Shown here in pieces: positions 55,921 to 64,000 of a stretch of DNA of 64,000 nt. This DNA is from an uncultured Collinsella sp. (GTDB lineage Bacteria > Actinomycetota > Coriobacteriia > Coriobacteriales > Coriobacteriaceae). Position 1 is the first letter of the stretch. Each line of letters opens with the position of its first letter. The notes beneath the pieces are model-generated. The model worked only from the letters and a program-made list of their open reading frames with translations. It was not told the DNA's origin and searched no databases. The position numbers and the translations under genes are program-made. The DNA lies in the NCBI GenBank assembly GCA_958432255.1, contig CAUATU010000002.1:21285-85284 (forward strand). Direction: 5' to 3'.

Positions 55921-58659
55921 CTACTTCTTCTTTTTGCTTGGCATCGAGACTTTGATGCCTTGGGCGGACTTGGTCACGCGAGAGCGCTTGGCTCCGGTAC
56001 TCTTCTTTTTCTTGGGCTGGGCCTGGGCCACGCCCTCAAGTGCGCGGGCCTCGGCCTCGCGAGCGGTGCGATCTTCGCGGCGCTGCGCCATGTCGGCGGC
56101 GACGCGCTTGGCAAAACGCTCGGCCGTCGAACCCGTCGAGCTCACCTTGCCGCCACCGCGACCCAGGTGAACGCGCACACCACGGCCAAAACCAGTTGCG
56201 GCATGACGACGACGCGGCTTGAGCGAATCCATCATCGTGGCGAGCTTAAAGAACACCGAGCAGGTAAAGATCACGATGACAGCCAAGATAACCATCTGGC
56301 CTATCGACAGGTTGGCAATAGACAGCAGCTCCGGGAATCCGATAACGCCCACCAGGATGCCGGCGACTACAAACACAAAGAGCACCACACGTAAGGGCGT
56401 GAGAGGCTGCGAGATGTGCCAGATCAGGCTGACGCTCGCCGCGCACGACGTAAGCAGGCACATCGTAGACAGCGTGAGCTGGCTAAAGCCAAACACGCGC
56501 GCCACAAAGATATCGAGCGCCGCAGCCAAAATGACTGCAATCGACGCCGGCAGCGCACGCTTGAGTACGTTCGTCAAAAATGACCCCTTCACGCGAGCAT
56601 TGTTGGGCTCCAAACCCAGCACAAAGCCCGGCGCGCCGATGCAGAAGAAGTTGATGAGTGTCATCTGGATGGGCTCGAAGGGGTACGGCGGCAGTGCAAT
56701 GCACAGCGCCGCCAGGCCCATCGAGAACAGCGTCTTGGTCAGGAACAGCGAGGCCGAACGCTGCAGGTTGTTGATGGAGCGACGGCCCTCGGCCACCACG
56801 GCGGGCATCGAGGCAAAGTCGTTGTCGACGAGTACGATCTCGGCCACGTTACGTGCGGCATCGGAGCCAGCCGCCATGGCCACGGAGCAGTCGGCCTCCT
56901 TGAGCGCCAGCACGTCGTTGACGCCGTCGCCCGTCATGGCCACGGTGTGCTCGCGGCGCTTGAGCGCCTGCACGAGCTCGCGCTTCTGCTGCGGGGTCAC
57001 ACGACCAAAGACATGGTAGCGGTCCACTGCGGCATCGAGCTTGGCCGGCGTATCGAGCGTCGTGGCGTCCACATAAGCGTCCGCCCCCGGCACGCCCACC
57101 ACGCGCGCGATCGACGACACTGTACGCGGGTCGTCGCCGCTGATCACGTTGAGGGTCACGCCCTGCTCGTTAAAGTAGCCGATGGTCTCGGCCGCCGAGG
57201 TACGAATCTCGTCGCGGATGGTCACAAAGCCCACGGGCTCGGCCTCGCCCACCAAATCGCCATCGGGCGTAAAGCCGTCCACGCGCGCCACCACGAGCAC
57301 GCGGCAGGTATCGGCAAGCTCGGCGACACGGTTCTCGACCTGGGCAAAAACACGATCAGAGAGCACAAACTGCGCCGCACCCATCACATAGGAGCCCTGC
57401 GCAAACGAAGCGCCACTCCATTTTTTAGACGACGAGAATGGAATGACCGACAGCGGCTCAGACACCTCGACCGGGCGATCGGCGTAATAGTTGAGCAGCG
57501 CCTGGCAGGTCTCGTTGGCATCGGCCGAAGTCGCACGCGCGACGTTAGCCAGCGCAAAATCGAGCACCGTGGTATCGACGGGAACGGCCGCCTCGTCCGA
57601 GCCGGCGCCTAGGCTCACGCCCTCAACCGGCAGCGGATACGTGCCCTCGACCTCCATGCGGCCCGACGTGATGGTGCCCGTCTTGTCCAGGCACAGCACG
57701 TCGACGCGAGCGAGTGTCTCGATGCAGTAGAGCTGCTGCGCCAGCACCTTGCGGCGAGCCAGGCGCACCGTGGCGATGGCGAGCACCGACGAGGTCAGCA
57801 GCACCAGGCCTTGCGGGATCATGCCCAGCAGGGCGCCCACCGTGGACAGCAGCGCCGACGAAGGCACATGACCAGCCAACAGCTCGGAGAAACACCACGA
57901 AAGCGCGCTATCGCCCGGGGTTCCCGCGGCATCCCACAGTTCGCTCACACTCGAGGCAAACAACGCCAAACCGAGCGGGATCATGATGATGCTCGCAAAG
58001 CGAACGATGGCGTTAAGCGCGTTCATGATCTCGGAATTAACCTTTTTGACGTACTTGGCCTCGTTATTAATTTTGGCCACGTAGTTGTCGGCGCCGACAT
58101 GGATCACGCGGGCGCGCAGCAGGCCCGAGTCGATAAAGCTGCCGCTCATGAGCTCGGAACCGGGCTGTTTCTTAATAAGGTCGCTCTCGCCCGTCAGCAG
58201 ACTCTCGTTCACGAGCGCCTCGCCCGAAACCACCACGGCGTCGGCGGGAATCTGGTCGCCGCGCCCCAGGCGGATGATGTCGTCGAGCACGATCTGGTCC
58301 AGGTCGAGCTCCACCTCGGCGCCGTCGCGCACCGCGATGGCCTTCTTGGAGGTCAGCAGCGTGAGCTTATCGACCATCTTCTTGGAACGCATGGACTGGA
58401 TGACGCCAATAGCGGTATTGAGGAACACCACGAACAGGAACGTCAGATTCTTAAACGAACCGGTCAAAATGACCAGGAACGCCAAGATCACGTTGATCAA
58501 ATTGAACAACGTGCAGAGGTTCTCGATGATGAGCTCTTTGACCGACTTGGTCTTGAGCTCCATGTTGCGGTTGATCTTACCGGCGGCGATGCGCTCCTCG
58601 ACCTCGGCGGTCGAGAGTCCGCGCTCGATATCCGTTGCTGCCATACCACGTCCCATCAC
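55921..58659 (-). CDS. cation-translocating P-type ATPase (HAD-like) with a basic Lys-rich C-terminal tail
   Basis: TGES, DKTGTIT and MTGDGVNDVLALKEAD motifs with about 10 transmembrane segments. The C-terminus is ...KKKKSTGAKRSRVTKSAQGIKVSMPSKKKK. GTG start. Confidence 0.88.
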   Translation of the reverse strand: MMGRGMAATDIERGLSTAEVEERIAAGKINRNMELKTKSVKELIIENLCTLFNLINVILAFLVILTGSFKNLTFLFVVFLNTAIGVIQSMRSKKMVDKLTLLTSKKAIAVRDGAEVELDLDQIVLDDIIRLGRGDQIPADAVVVSGEALVNESLLTGESDLIKKQPGSELMSGSFIDSGLLRARVIHVGADNYVAKINNEAKYVKKVNSEIMNALNAIVRFASIIMIPLGLALFASSVSELWDAAGTPGDSALSWCFSELLAGHVPSSALLSTVGALLGMIPQGLVLLTSSVLAIATVRLARRKVLAQQLYCIETLARVDVLCLDKTGTITSGRMEVEGTYPLPVEGVSLGAGSDEAAVPVDTTVLDFALANVARATSADANETCQALLNYYADRPVEVSEPLSVIPFSSSKKWSGASFAQGSYVMGAAQFVLSDRVFAQVENRVAELADTCRVLVVARVDGFTPDGDLVGEAEPVGFVTIRDEIRTSAAETIGYFNEQGVTLNVISGDDPRTVSSIARVVGVPGADAYVDATTLDTPAKLDAAVDRYHVFGRVTPQQKRELVQALKRREHTVAMTGDGVNDVLALKEADCSVAMAAGSDAARNVAEIVLVDNDFASMPAVVAEGRRSINNLQRSASLFLTKTLFSMGLAALCIALPPYPFEPIQMTLINFFCIGAPGFVLGLEPNNARVKGSFLTNVLKRALPASIAVILAAALDIFVARVFGFSQLTLSTMCLLTSCAASVSLIWHISQPLTPLRVVLFVFVVAGILVGVIGFPELLSIANLSIGQMVILAVIVIFTCSVFFKLATMMDSLKPRRRHAATGFGRGVRVHLGRGGGKVSSTGSTAERFAKRVAADMAQRREDRTAREAEARALEGVAQAQPKKKKSTGAKRSRVTKSAQGIKVSMPSKKKK

Positions 58660-58673
58660 GTCGCGTCGGTATA

Positions 58674-58710
58674 AGAAAAACCGCCCGGACCATGCGAGGT
58701 TCGGACGGTC
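58674..58710 (-). terminator. intrinsic terminator after tRNA-Arg
   Basis: CCGUCCG-loop-CGGGCGG (one G-U pair) followed by UUUUUCUUAU, between the tRNA 3' end and the ATPase start. Confidence 0.5.
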
Positions 58711-58720
58711 TTACGTTCGA

Positions 58721-58797
58721 TGGTGCCCCATGTTGGATTCGAACCAACGGCCTTCTGCTCCGGAGGCAGACGCTCTAATCCCCTGAGCTAATAGGGC
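58721..58797 (-). tRNA. tRNA-Arg (anticodon CCG), CCA encoded
   Basis: Folded by hand. Acceptor GCCCUAU/AUGGGGC (one G-U pair), D-arm GCUC/GAGC, anticodon stem UCUGC/GCAGA with loop CUCCGGA, T-arm GUUGG-UUCGAAU-CCAAC, discriminator A, then CCA. Confidence 0.88.
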
Positions 58798-58808
58798 CAA
58801 CGTTTGGC

Positions 58809-58838
58809 ATTATACCCAAGTGCACCACGGGCTATCAA
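58809..58838 (-). promoter_or_regulatory. sigma70-like promoter TTGATA-N18-TATAAT for tRNA-Arg
   Basis: -10 TATAAT at 58809-58814 and -35 TTGATA at 58833-58838 on the minus strand. The tRNA 5' end is about 11 nt downstream of the -10. Confidence 0.55.
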
Positions 58839-58943
58839 AATAAAAGAAAAAGCTTTGCAATTACGTGGGAGACGCGGTGCAACGGCCCACTTTAGAAGGC
58901 AAAAGCGAGTCAGATAGTATAAACTTTCATGCACCATATATAC

Positions 58944-58967
58944 ACGGCTCGCAATGCGGGCCGTTTT
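58944..58967 (+). promoter_or_regulatory. terminator-like hairpin plus U5 in the aroF 5' region (possible attenuator)
   Basis: CGGCUCGC-AAU-GCGGGCCG (8 bp with one G-U pair) followed by UUUUU, about 35 nt upstream of the aroF ATG. No plus-strand gene lies upstream for it to terminate. Confidence 0.4.
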
Positions 58968-59001
58968 TGCAAAAGTTATCCATCGAGGTGAGAGGCACAC
59001 C

Positions 59002-60024
59002 ATGATTGCAATTCTAAAGCAGAGCGCCAGCGACGAGGCCGTCAGCCATATCGTCAGCTGGATTGAGAAAAAAGGCCTGAAGACCGACGTCTCGCGCGGC
59101 GAGAACGAGACGATTATCGGCCTGGTGGGCGATACGACCAAGATCGACCCGTTCCTGCTCGAGTCCATGGATGTCGTCGAGCGCGTGCAGCGCGTCTCCG
59201 AGCCGTTCAAGCGCGCAAATCGCAAGTTCCACCCCGAGGACTCCGTCATCGACTGCGGCCACGGCGTCAAGATCGGCGGCGACCAGTTCCAGGTCATCGC
59301 CGGTCCCTGCTCCGTCGAGGGCGAGAACCTCATCCGCATCGCACGCCGCGTAAAGGCCGCCGGCGCCACGATGCTGCGCGGTGGCGCCTACAAGCCCCGC
59401 ACCTCCCCCTACGCCTACCAGGGTATGGGCCCCGCCGGGCTGGACCTGCTATGCGAGGCGTCTGCCGAGCTCGACATGCCGATCGTCACCGAGATCATGG
59501 ACCCGCGCGACGTGCAGGTCTTCCTTGACAAGAAGATTGACGTCATGCAGATCGGCGCCCGCAACGCCCAGAACTTCCCCCTGCTCAAGGAGGTCGGCAA
59601 GACCCAGACCCCGATCCTGCTCAAGCGCGGCATGTCCGGCACGATCGATGAGCTGCTTATGGCAGCCGAGTACATCATGAGCGAGGGCAACGACAACGTC
59701 ATCCTTTGCGAGCGCGGTATCCGCACCTTCGAGACCCGCACCCGCAACACCTTCGACCTCAACGCCGTGCCGGTGCTGCACCACCTGTCGCACCTGCCTG
59801 TCGTCGCCGACCCCAGCCACGCCACCGGCTACACCCGCTACGTTGAGCCCATGGCGCTCGCCGCGACCGCCTGCGGTGCCAACGGCCTGGAGATCGAGGT
59901 CCACGACGAGCCGAGCCGCGCCTGGTCCGACGGCGCCCAGGCCCTCACCCCCGATCAGTTCGACGACACCATGCGCCGCATCCGAGCCATCCGCGAGGTT
60001 GTCTGCCAAGAGACCATGGAGTAG
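59002..60024 (+). CDS. aroF: 3-deoxy-7-phosphoheptulonate synthase (DAHP synthase, type I-beta with N-terminal regulatory domain)
   Basis: KDO8PS-like catalytic core (GPCSVE, KPRTSPY..G, QIGARN) preceded by a regulatory domain of about 70 aa. Start at MIAILKQ, which has GAGGTGAGAGG 6 nt upstream. The track ORF is 16 codons longer. Confidence 0.88.
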   Translation: MIAILKQSASDEAVSHIVSWIEKKGLKTDVSRGENETIIGLVGDTTKIDPFLLESMDVVERVQRVSEPFKRANRKFHPEDSVIDCGHGVKIGGDQFQVIAGPCSVEGENLIRIARRVKAAGATMLRGGAYKPRTSPYAYQGMGPAGLDLLCEASAELDMPIVTEIMDPRDVQVFLDKKIDVMQIGARNAQNFPLLKEVGKTQTPILLKRGMSGTIDELLMAAEYIMSEGNDNVILCERGIRTFETRTRNTFDLNAVPVLHHLSHLPVVADPSHATGYTRYVEPMALAATACGANGLEIEVHDEPSRAWSDGAQALTPDQFDDTMRRIRAIREVVCQETME

Positions 60025-60027
60025 CTC

Positions 60028-60942
60028 ATGGGTACGGTGAGAAACGCGCGCGTTAACCAGGGCGGCCCCAAGTGCGCCGGCATCGTCGGCCTTGGCCTCA
60101 TCGGCGGTAGCTTTGCCCGCGGCTATGCGCAGGCGGGCGTCCGCGTGCTGGCCTGGGACCCCGATGACGATGTCATGACGGCCGCCAGCATGGGCACTGT
60201 CGCCGGAGAGCTCAACGGCAAGACACTCGGCGAATGCGACATCATCGTCCTGGCTTGCTATCCCGAGGCATGCATCGAATGGCTCGAGGTGCATGCCCAG
60301 GCGCTCGCCGACGCCACCGACACCGACGCCATCATGGGTCCCGTGGTGATCGACACCGTGGGCGTCAAGGGCATTGTGTGCGAGCGCGCCTTTGAGCTTG
60401 CCCGCGAGCACGGCTTTTACTTTGTGGGCGCGCACCCCATGGCGGGCACCCAGTTCTCAGGCTACGCTCACTCCCGTGCCGACCTGTTCCAGGGCGCCCC
60501 GCTCGTGCTCGTGCCACCCGCGGTGGACGATGCGCTCAAGCTGGAGCTTTTGGGCCAGGTGCGCGAGATGGTGCGCCCCTTGGGCTTTGGCAAGTTCAGC
60601 GTGACCAGCGCCGCCGAACACGACCGCGTCATCGCCTTCACGAGCCAGCTTGCGCACGTGGTATCCAACGCCTACGTCAAGAGCCCCACCGCCCAGGTCC
60701 ACCACGGCTTTTCGGCCGGAAGCTACCGCGATCTCACCCGCGTGGCGCACCTCAATCCTCAGATGTGGTCCGAGCTTATGATCGACGACGCCAATGCGCT
60801 CGCCTTCGAGATCGACCACCTGATCGAGTCGCTTGGCGCCTACAGCCGCGCCCTTAAGGACCGCGACCAACGCTATCTGGAGAATCTCCTTGCCGAGGGC
60901 GACCGCATCAAGCGCGCGCTCGACGACGAGGCCTCCCACTAG
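60028..60942 (+). CDS. tyrA: prephenate dehydrogenase
   Basis: NAD-binding GIVGLGLIGGS and TyrA catalytic-domain motifs. Confidence 0.85.
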   Translation: MGTVRNARVNQGGPKCAGIVGLGLIGGSFARGYAQAGVRVLAWDPDDDVMTAASMGTVAGELNGKTLGECDIIVLACYPEACIEWLEVHAQALADATDTDAIMGPVVIDTVGVKGIVCERAFELAREHGFYFVGAHPMAGTQFSGYAHSRADLFQGAPLVLVPPAVDDALKLELLGQVREMVRPLGFGKFSVTSAAEHDRVIAFTSQLAHVVSNAYVKSPTAQVHHGFSAGSYRDLTRVAHLNPQMWSELMIDDANALAFEIDHLIESLGAYSRALKDRDQRYLENLLAEGDRIKRALDDEASH

Positions 60943-60978
60943 ACCACCTATCACGCCAGGTCGAAAGGACCGAAGCTT

Positions 60979-62085
60979 ATGGCGATTACCATCGATATCG
61001 ACACCGCACGCCCCTACCAGGTGCATGTTGGCACGTTTTTGCTGGAGCAGGCGGGGCCGCTCGTGCGCGCCACTGCCGGCGGCGCCAAGGCCGTCATCGT
61101 GACGGACACCAACGTGGGCCCGCTCTACCAGATGCCCGTTAAGCAGAGCCTGGAGGCGTCAGGCTACGAGGTGAGCATCTGCACCTTCGAGGCCGGCGAG
61201 GCCCATAAGCGCGCCGAAACCTATGTTGCCATTTTGGAGTTTGTGGCCGAGCACGAGCTTTCGCGCTCCGACGTGATCGTGGCACTCGGGGGCGGCGTCG
61301 TGGGCGATGTGGCGGGCTTTGTGGCCGCCACCTACATGCGCGGCTGCAAGTTTGTGCAGATCCCGACGAGCCTGCTCGCCATGGTGGATTCGTCGGTGGG
61401 CGGCAAGACCGCCATCGACCTGGCTGCCGGCAAGAACTTGGCCGGCGCCTTTTGGCAGCCGAGCGTGGTTATCGCTGACGTGGGGTGCCTGGCCACCCTC
61501 ACGCCCGAGCAGTTCGCCGACGGCTGCGGCGAGGTCGTCAAGCACGCCGTGATCGCCGACCCGGAGCTTTTCGCCGAGCTGGAGAAGACCCCGCTCACGC
61601 TGGAGCTGCTCAACCGCGATGTGGCCCGCGTAGCACTCATCATCGCCCGCAACATCGACATCAAGCGCGCCGTGGTCGTCGCCGACGAGCACGAAACCAA
61701 CCAGCGCAAGCTGCTCAACTTTGGACACAGCGCCGGACACGCCGTCGAAGCCTGCGAGCACTTTGAGCTCGGGCACGGCAACTGCGTGTCGATCGGTATG
61801 GGCATCATCACGCGCGCCGCGGCCCTGCACGGCGCCTGCGATGCTGCACTGCCCGGTCGTATTGAGGAGCTCTGCGCCCGCCATGGCCTCAAGACCCGCT
61901 GCGACCTAGATGCCGATGCCGTCTTTGCCGAGGCGCTCCACGACAAGAAGCGCGCGGGCGACACCATCGACCTGGTGATTCCGCACGGCATTGGCCGCTG
62001 CAGCATCGACCGCACGCCGCTTTCCACTTTCCACGAACTCATTGCCGAGGGCCTCGGCCAGAAGGGAGACGCATCCGCATGCTAG
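60979..62085 (+). CDS. aroB: 3-dehydroquinate synthase
   Basis: GGGVVGD nucleotide-binding motif and metal ligands (the H..H in HAVE...ELGHG). Confidence 0.9.
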   Translation: MAITIDIDTARPYQVHVGTFLLEQAGPLVRATAGGAKAVIVTDTNVGPLYQMPVKQSLEASGYEVSICTFEAGEAHKRAETYVAILEFVAEHELSRSDVIVALGGGVVGDVAGFVAATYMRGCKFVQIPTSLLAMVDSSVGGKTAIDLAAGKNLAGAFWQPSVVIADVGCLATLTPEQFADGCGEVVKHAVIADPELFAELEKTPLTLELLNRDVARVALIIARNIDIKRAVVVADEHETNQRKLLNFGHSAGHAVEACEHFELGHGNCVSIGMGIITRAAALHGACDAALPGRIEELCARHGLKTRCDLDADAVFAEALHDKKRAGDTIDLVIPHGIGRCSIDRTPLSTFHELIAEGLGQKGDASAC

Positions 62086-63398
62086 CCCGCATCACCCCGT
62101 CCCCGCTTAAGGGCACCGTTCCCGCCATCGCGTCCAAGTCGATGGCGCACCGTCTCATCATCTGCGCTGCGCTTGCCAACGGCGAGACACACGTCGCCTG
62201 TAACACCACCTGCGCCGACATCGAGGCTACGGTGCGTTGCCTTACGGCCCTGGGTGCTCGCATCGAGACCGTCGAGGACGGCTTCCAGGTCCACCCCACC
62301 ATGAAGAGCATTGAATTTGGCCTGCTCAAGGCCCTTGCCGGTGGCACGCTCGACTGCGGCGAGAGCGGCTCCACGCTGCGCTTTATGTTGCCCGTCGCCT
62401 GCGCGCTGGGCGCAGAAGCAACTTTTGTGGGTCAGGGACGCTTAGGCGCCCGCCCGCTGTCCCCGCTCTCGGACGAGATCATCGCCGCCGGCTGCGACCT
62501 GCAGGGCCTGGGCGGTTTTCCGCTCAAGACGAGCGGACGCATGCGCCCGGGCACTTTCGTGCTGCCGGGCAACGTGAGCTCGCAGTATATCTCCGGCCTG
62601 CTGCTGGCAGCCCCGCTGCTGGCCCAGCCCTCCTGCGTGCAGGTGACCGGCCTCATCGAGAGCCGCCCTTACATCAACCTGACAATCCAGGCCATGAAGG
62701 CCTTTGGCGTCGAGGTCAACGTCGAGCGCATTCCGGCCAAGGACGGCCAGCCCGAGGTCACGAACTTCCGCGTGAGCAGCGGCTCGTACCGCACGCCCGG
62801 CAGCGTAGCCGTCGAGGGCGACTGGTCCAACGCCGCCTTTTGGCTGTGCGCCGGTGCCATCGGCACCGACCCCATCACCGTCGAGGGCGTGTCGCTGAGC
62901 TCCGCACAGGGCGACCGCAACGTGCTCGCCGCGCTTTCGCGCTTTGGTGCCCGCATCGTGCGCTCCACCAACGCCGCCACCGTGCAGTCCGACAAGCTCG
63001 CCGGCTTTGAGATGAGTGCCCACGACATTCCCGACCTGGTGCCCGTTATCTCGGCCGTGGCCTCGCTGGCACAGGGCCGCACCTTTATCCGCGATTGCGC
63101 CCGTCTGCGCATCAAGGAATCCGACCGTCTGGCCACCACCACCCGCGAGCTCACCGCGCTGGGCGCGCAGGTGCGCATTGCCGGTGACGACCTCATCATC
63201 AAGGGTGTCGATGCCTTTACCGGCGGCGAGGTCGATTCGCACAACGACCACCGCATCGCCATGATGGCCGCCATCGCCGCGAGCCGTGCCACCGGCGAGG
63301 TCGTGATCCACGGCGCCGAGGCCGTCAACAAGTCCTATCCCGATTTCTTCGACCACTACCGCCTGCTGGGCGGCAAGGTCACACTCGAGGAGGAATAG
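62079..63398 (+). CDS. aroA: 3-phosphoshikimate 1-carboxyvinyltransferase (EPSP synthase)
   Basis: 439 aa EPSPS fold (LPGSKS-like region, DHRIAMMAAIAA). Overlaps aroB by 7 nt. Confidence 0.92.
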   Translation: MLARITPSPLKGTVPAIASKSMAHRLIICAALANGETHVACNTTCADIEATVRCLTALGARIETVEDGFQVHPTMKSIEFGLLKALAGGTLDCGESGSTLRFMLPVACALGAEATFVGQGRLGARPLSPLSDEIIAAGCDLQGLGGFPLKTSGRMRPGTFVLPGNVSSQYISGLLLAAPLLAQPSCVQVTGLIESRPYINLTIQAMKAFGVEVNVERIPAKDGQPEVTNFRVSSGSYRTPGSVAVEGDWSNAAFWLCAGAIGTDPITVEGVSLSSAQGDRNVLAALSRFGARIVRSTNAATVQSDKLAGFEMSAHDIPDLVPVISAVASLAQGRTFIRDCARLRIKESDRLATTTRELTALGAQVRIAGDDLIIKGVDAFTGGEVDSHNDHRIAMMAAIAASRATGEVVIHGAEAVNKSYPDFFDHYRLLGGKVTLEEE

Positions 63399-63399
63399 C

Positions 63400-64000
63400 A
63401 TGTCCTCGACCTTTGGCAACGTCTTGCACTTAAGCATCTTCGGCCAATCGCACTCCCCCGCTATCGGCTGCTCGCTCGATGGCATCCCGGCGGGCATCGC
63501 CGTGGACCAGGAGGAGCTGCAGGCCTTCCTCGACCGTCGCGCCCCCGGTCGCGACGAGACCGCGACCAAACGCCGCGAAGCCGACGCCGCCCACATCATC
63601 GCCGGTGTTGTCGATGGACATACCACCGGCGCGCCCATCGCCGCGATTATCGAGAACACCAACACGCGCTCCAATGATTACTCCGAGCTGCGCCGCAAGC
63701 CCCGTCCCGGACATGCGGACTTCCCTGCGCGTGTGAAGTATCACAACATGCACGATGTCGCTGGTGGCGGGCATTTTTCCGGCCGCCTAACGGCACCCTT
63801 ATGCATCGCCGGCGGGATCGCGCTGCAGGCGCTCGAGGCCCGTGGCATCAAGGTCATGGCGCACGTCGCGCAGATCGGCGGCATCTCCGACCTGCCGATG
63901 GACGATATGGTCTATCGCGAGGCCGACCGCAAGGCGATCCTTTCGAACGACCTGCCTTGCATTGACGCCGCCGCAGCCGGCCGCATGCGCGAGGAGATCC
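63400..64000 (+). CDS. aroC: chorismate synthase, 5' part (runs off the window end)
   Basis: ATG at 63400 with GAGGAGGA 5 nt upstream. Translation MSSTFGNVLHLSIFGQSHSPAIGCSLDGIPAGI... Not in the ORF track because it is incomplete. Confidence 0.85.
   Translation, partial: MSSTFGNVLHLSIFGQSHSPAIGCSLDGIPAGIAVDQEELQAFLDRRAPGRDETATKRREADAAHIIAGVVDGHTTGAPIAAIIENTNTRSNDYSELRRKPRPGHADFPARVKYHNMHDVAGGGHFSGRLTAPLCIAGGIALQALEARGIKVMAHVAQIGGISDLPMDDMVYREADRKAILSNDLPCIDAAAAGRMREEI

Noticed and set aside
58954-59001. The 16-codon N-terminal extension of the aroF track ORF (MRAVFAKVIHRGERHT...)
   Set aside because: It has no SD. The downstream ATG at 59002 has a strong SD and begins the conserved regulatory domain.

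Overview
High-GC (about 62%) bacterial chromosomal segment that is almost entirely core housekeeping. Gene content (actinobacterial-type mIHF directly downstream of pyrF, AdhE, pyruvate phosphate dikinase with its PDRP regulator, the MEP isoprenoid pathway) suggests an anaerobic high-GC Gram-positive, probably Coriobacteriia-like; that assignment is inference only. Nearly every gene from 1 to 58.8 kb is on the minus strand: the pyrR-pyrB-pyrC-pyrK-pyrD-pyrF operon, the proS-ispG-rseP-dxr-cdsA-uppS-frr-pyrH-tsf-rpsB block, the xerC-trmFO-dprA-comM-yraN-rnhB-rplS block, ppdK and PDRP, glyQS, the lepB-trmD-rimM-KH-rpsP block, the rsfS-yqeK-nadD-obg-rpmA-rplU block, a radical SAM pair, rodA-pbp2-mreDCB, a TPR/cyclophilin/zinc-ribbon trio, a P-type ATPase and tRNA-Arg(CCG). 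Exceptions are a plus-strand island (rpmB, adhE, an APH-family kinase) bordered by a decayed IS200/RAYT-like transposase fragment, and dinB; the strand then switches to plus for aroF-tyrA-aroB-aroA-aroC. No CRISPR array, rRNA, prophage, toxin or defence cluster is visible, and I did not find a convincing undescribed system. The findings are smaller anomalies: comM frameshifted in a T4G3 homopolymer; xerC with no canonical start for its conserved N-terminus; an unusual pyrR leader with a U7 tract and a perfect palindrome over the ribosome-binding site; a switch-like rpmB leader; phased TTTACC repeats upstream of ppdK; a terminator-like hairpin in the aroF leader. Many sigma70-like promoters and intrinsic terminators are called by eye. 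The ORF track counts TTG and GTG as starts (shown as M). Several starts were re-assigned from Shine-Dalgarno context and known N-terminal conservation. Regulatory coordinates read directly from the sequence may be off by 1-2 nt.
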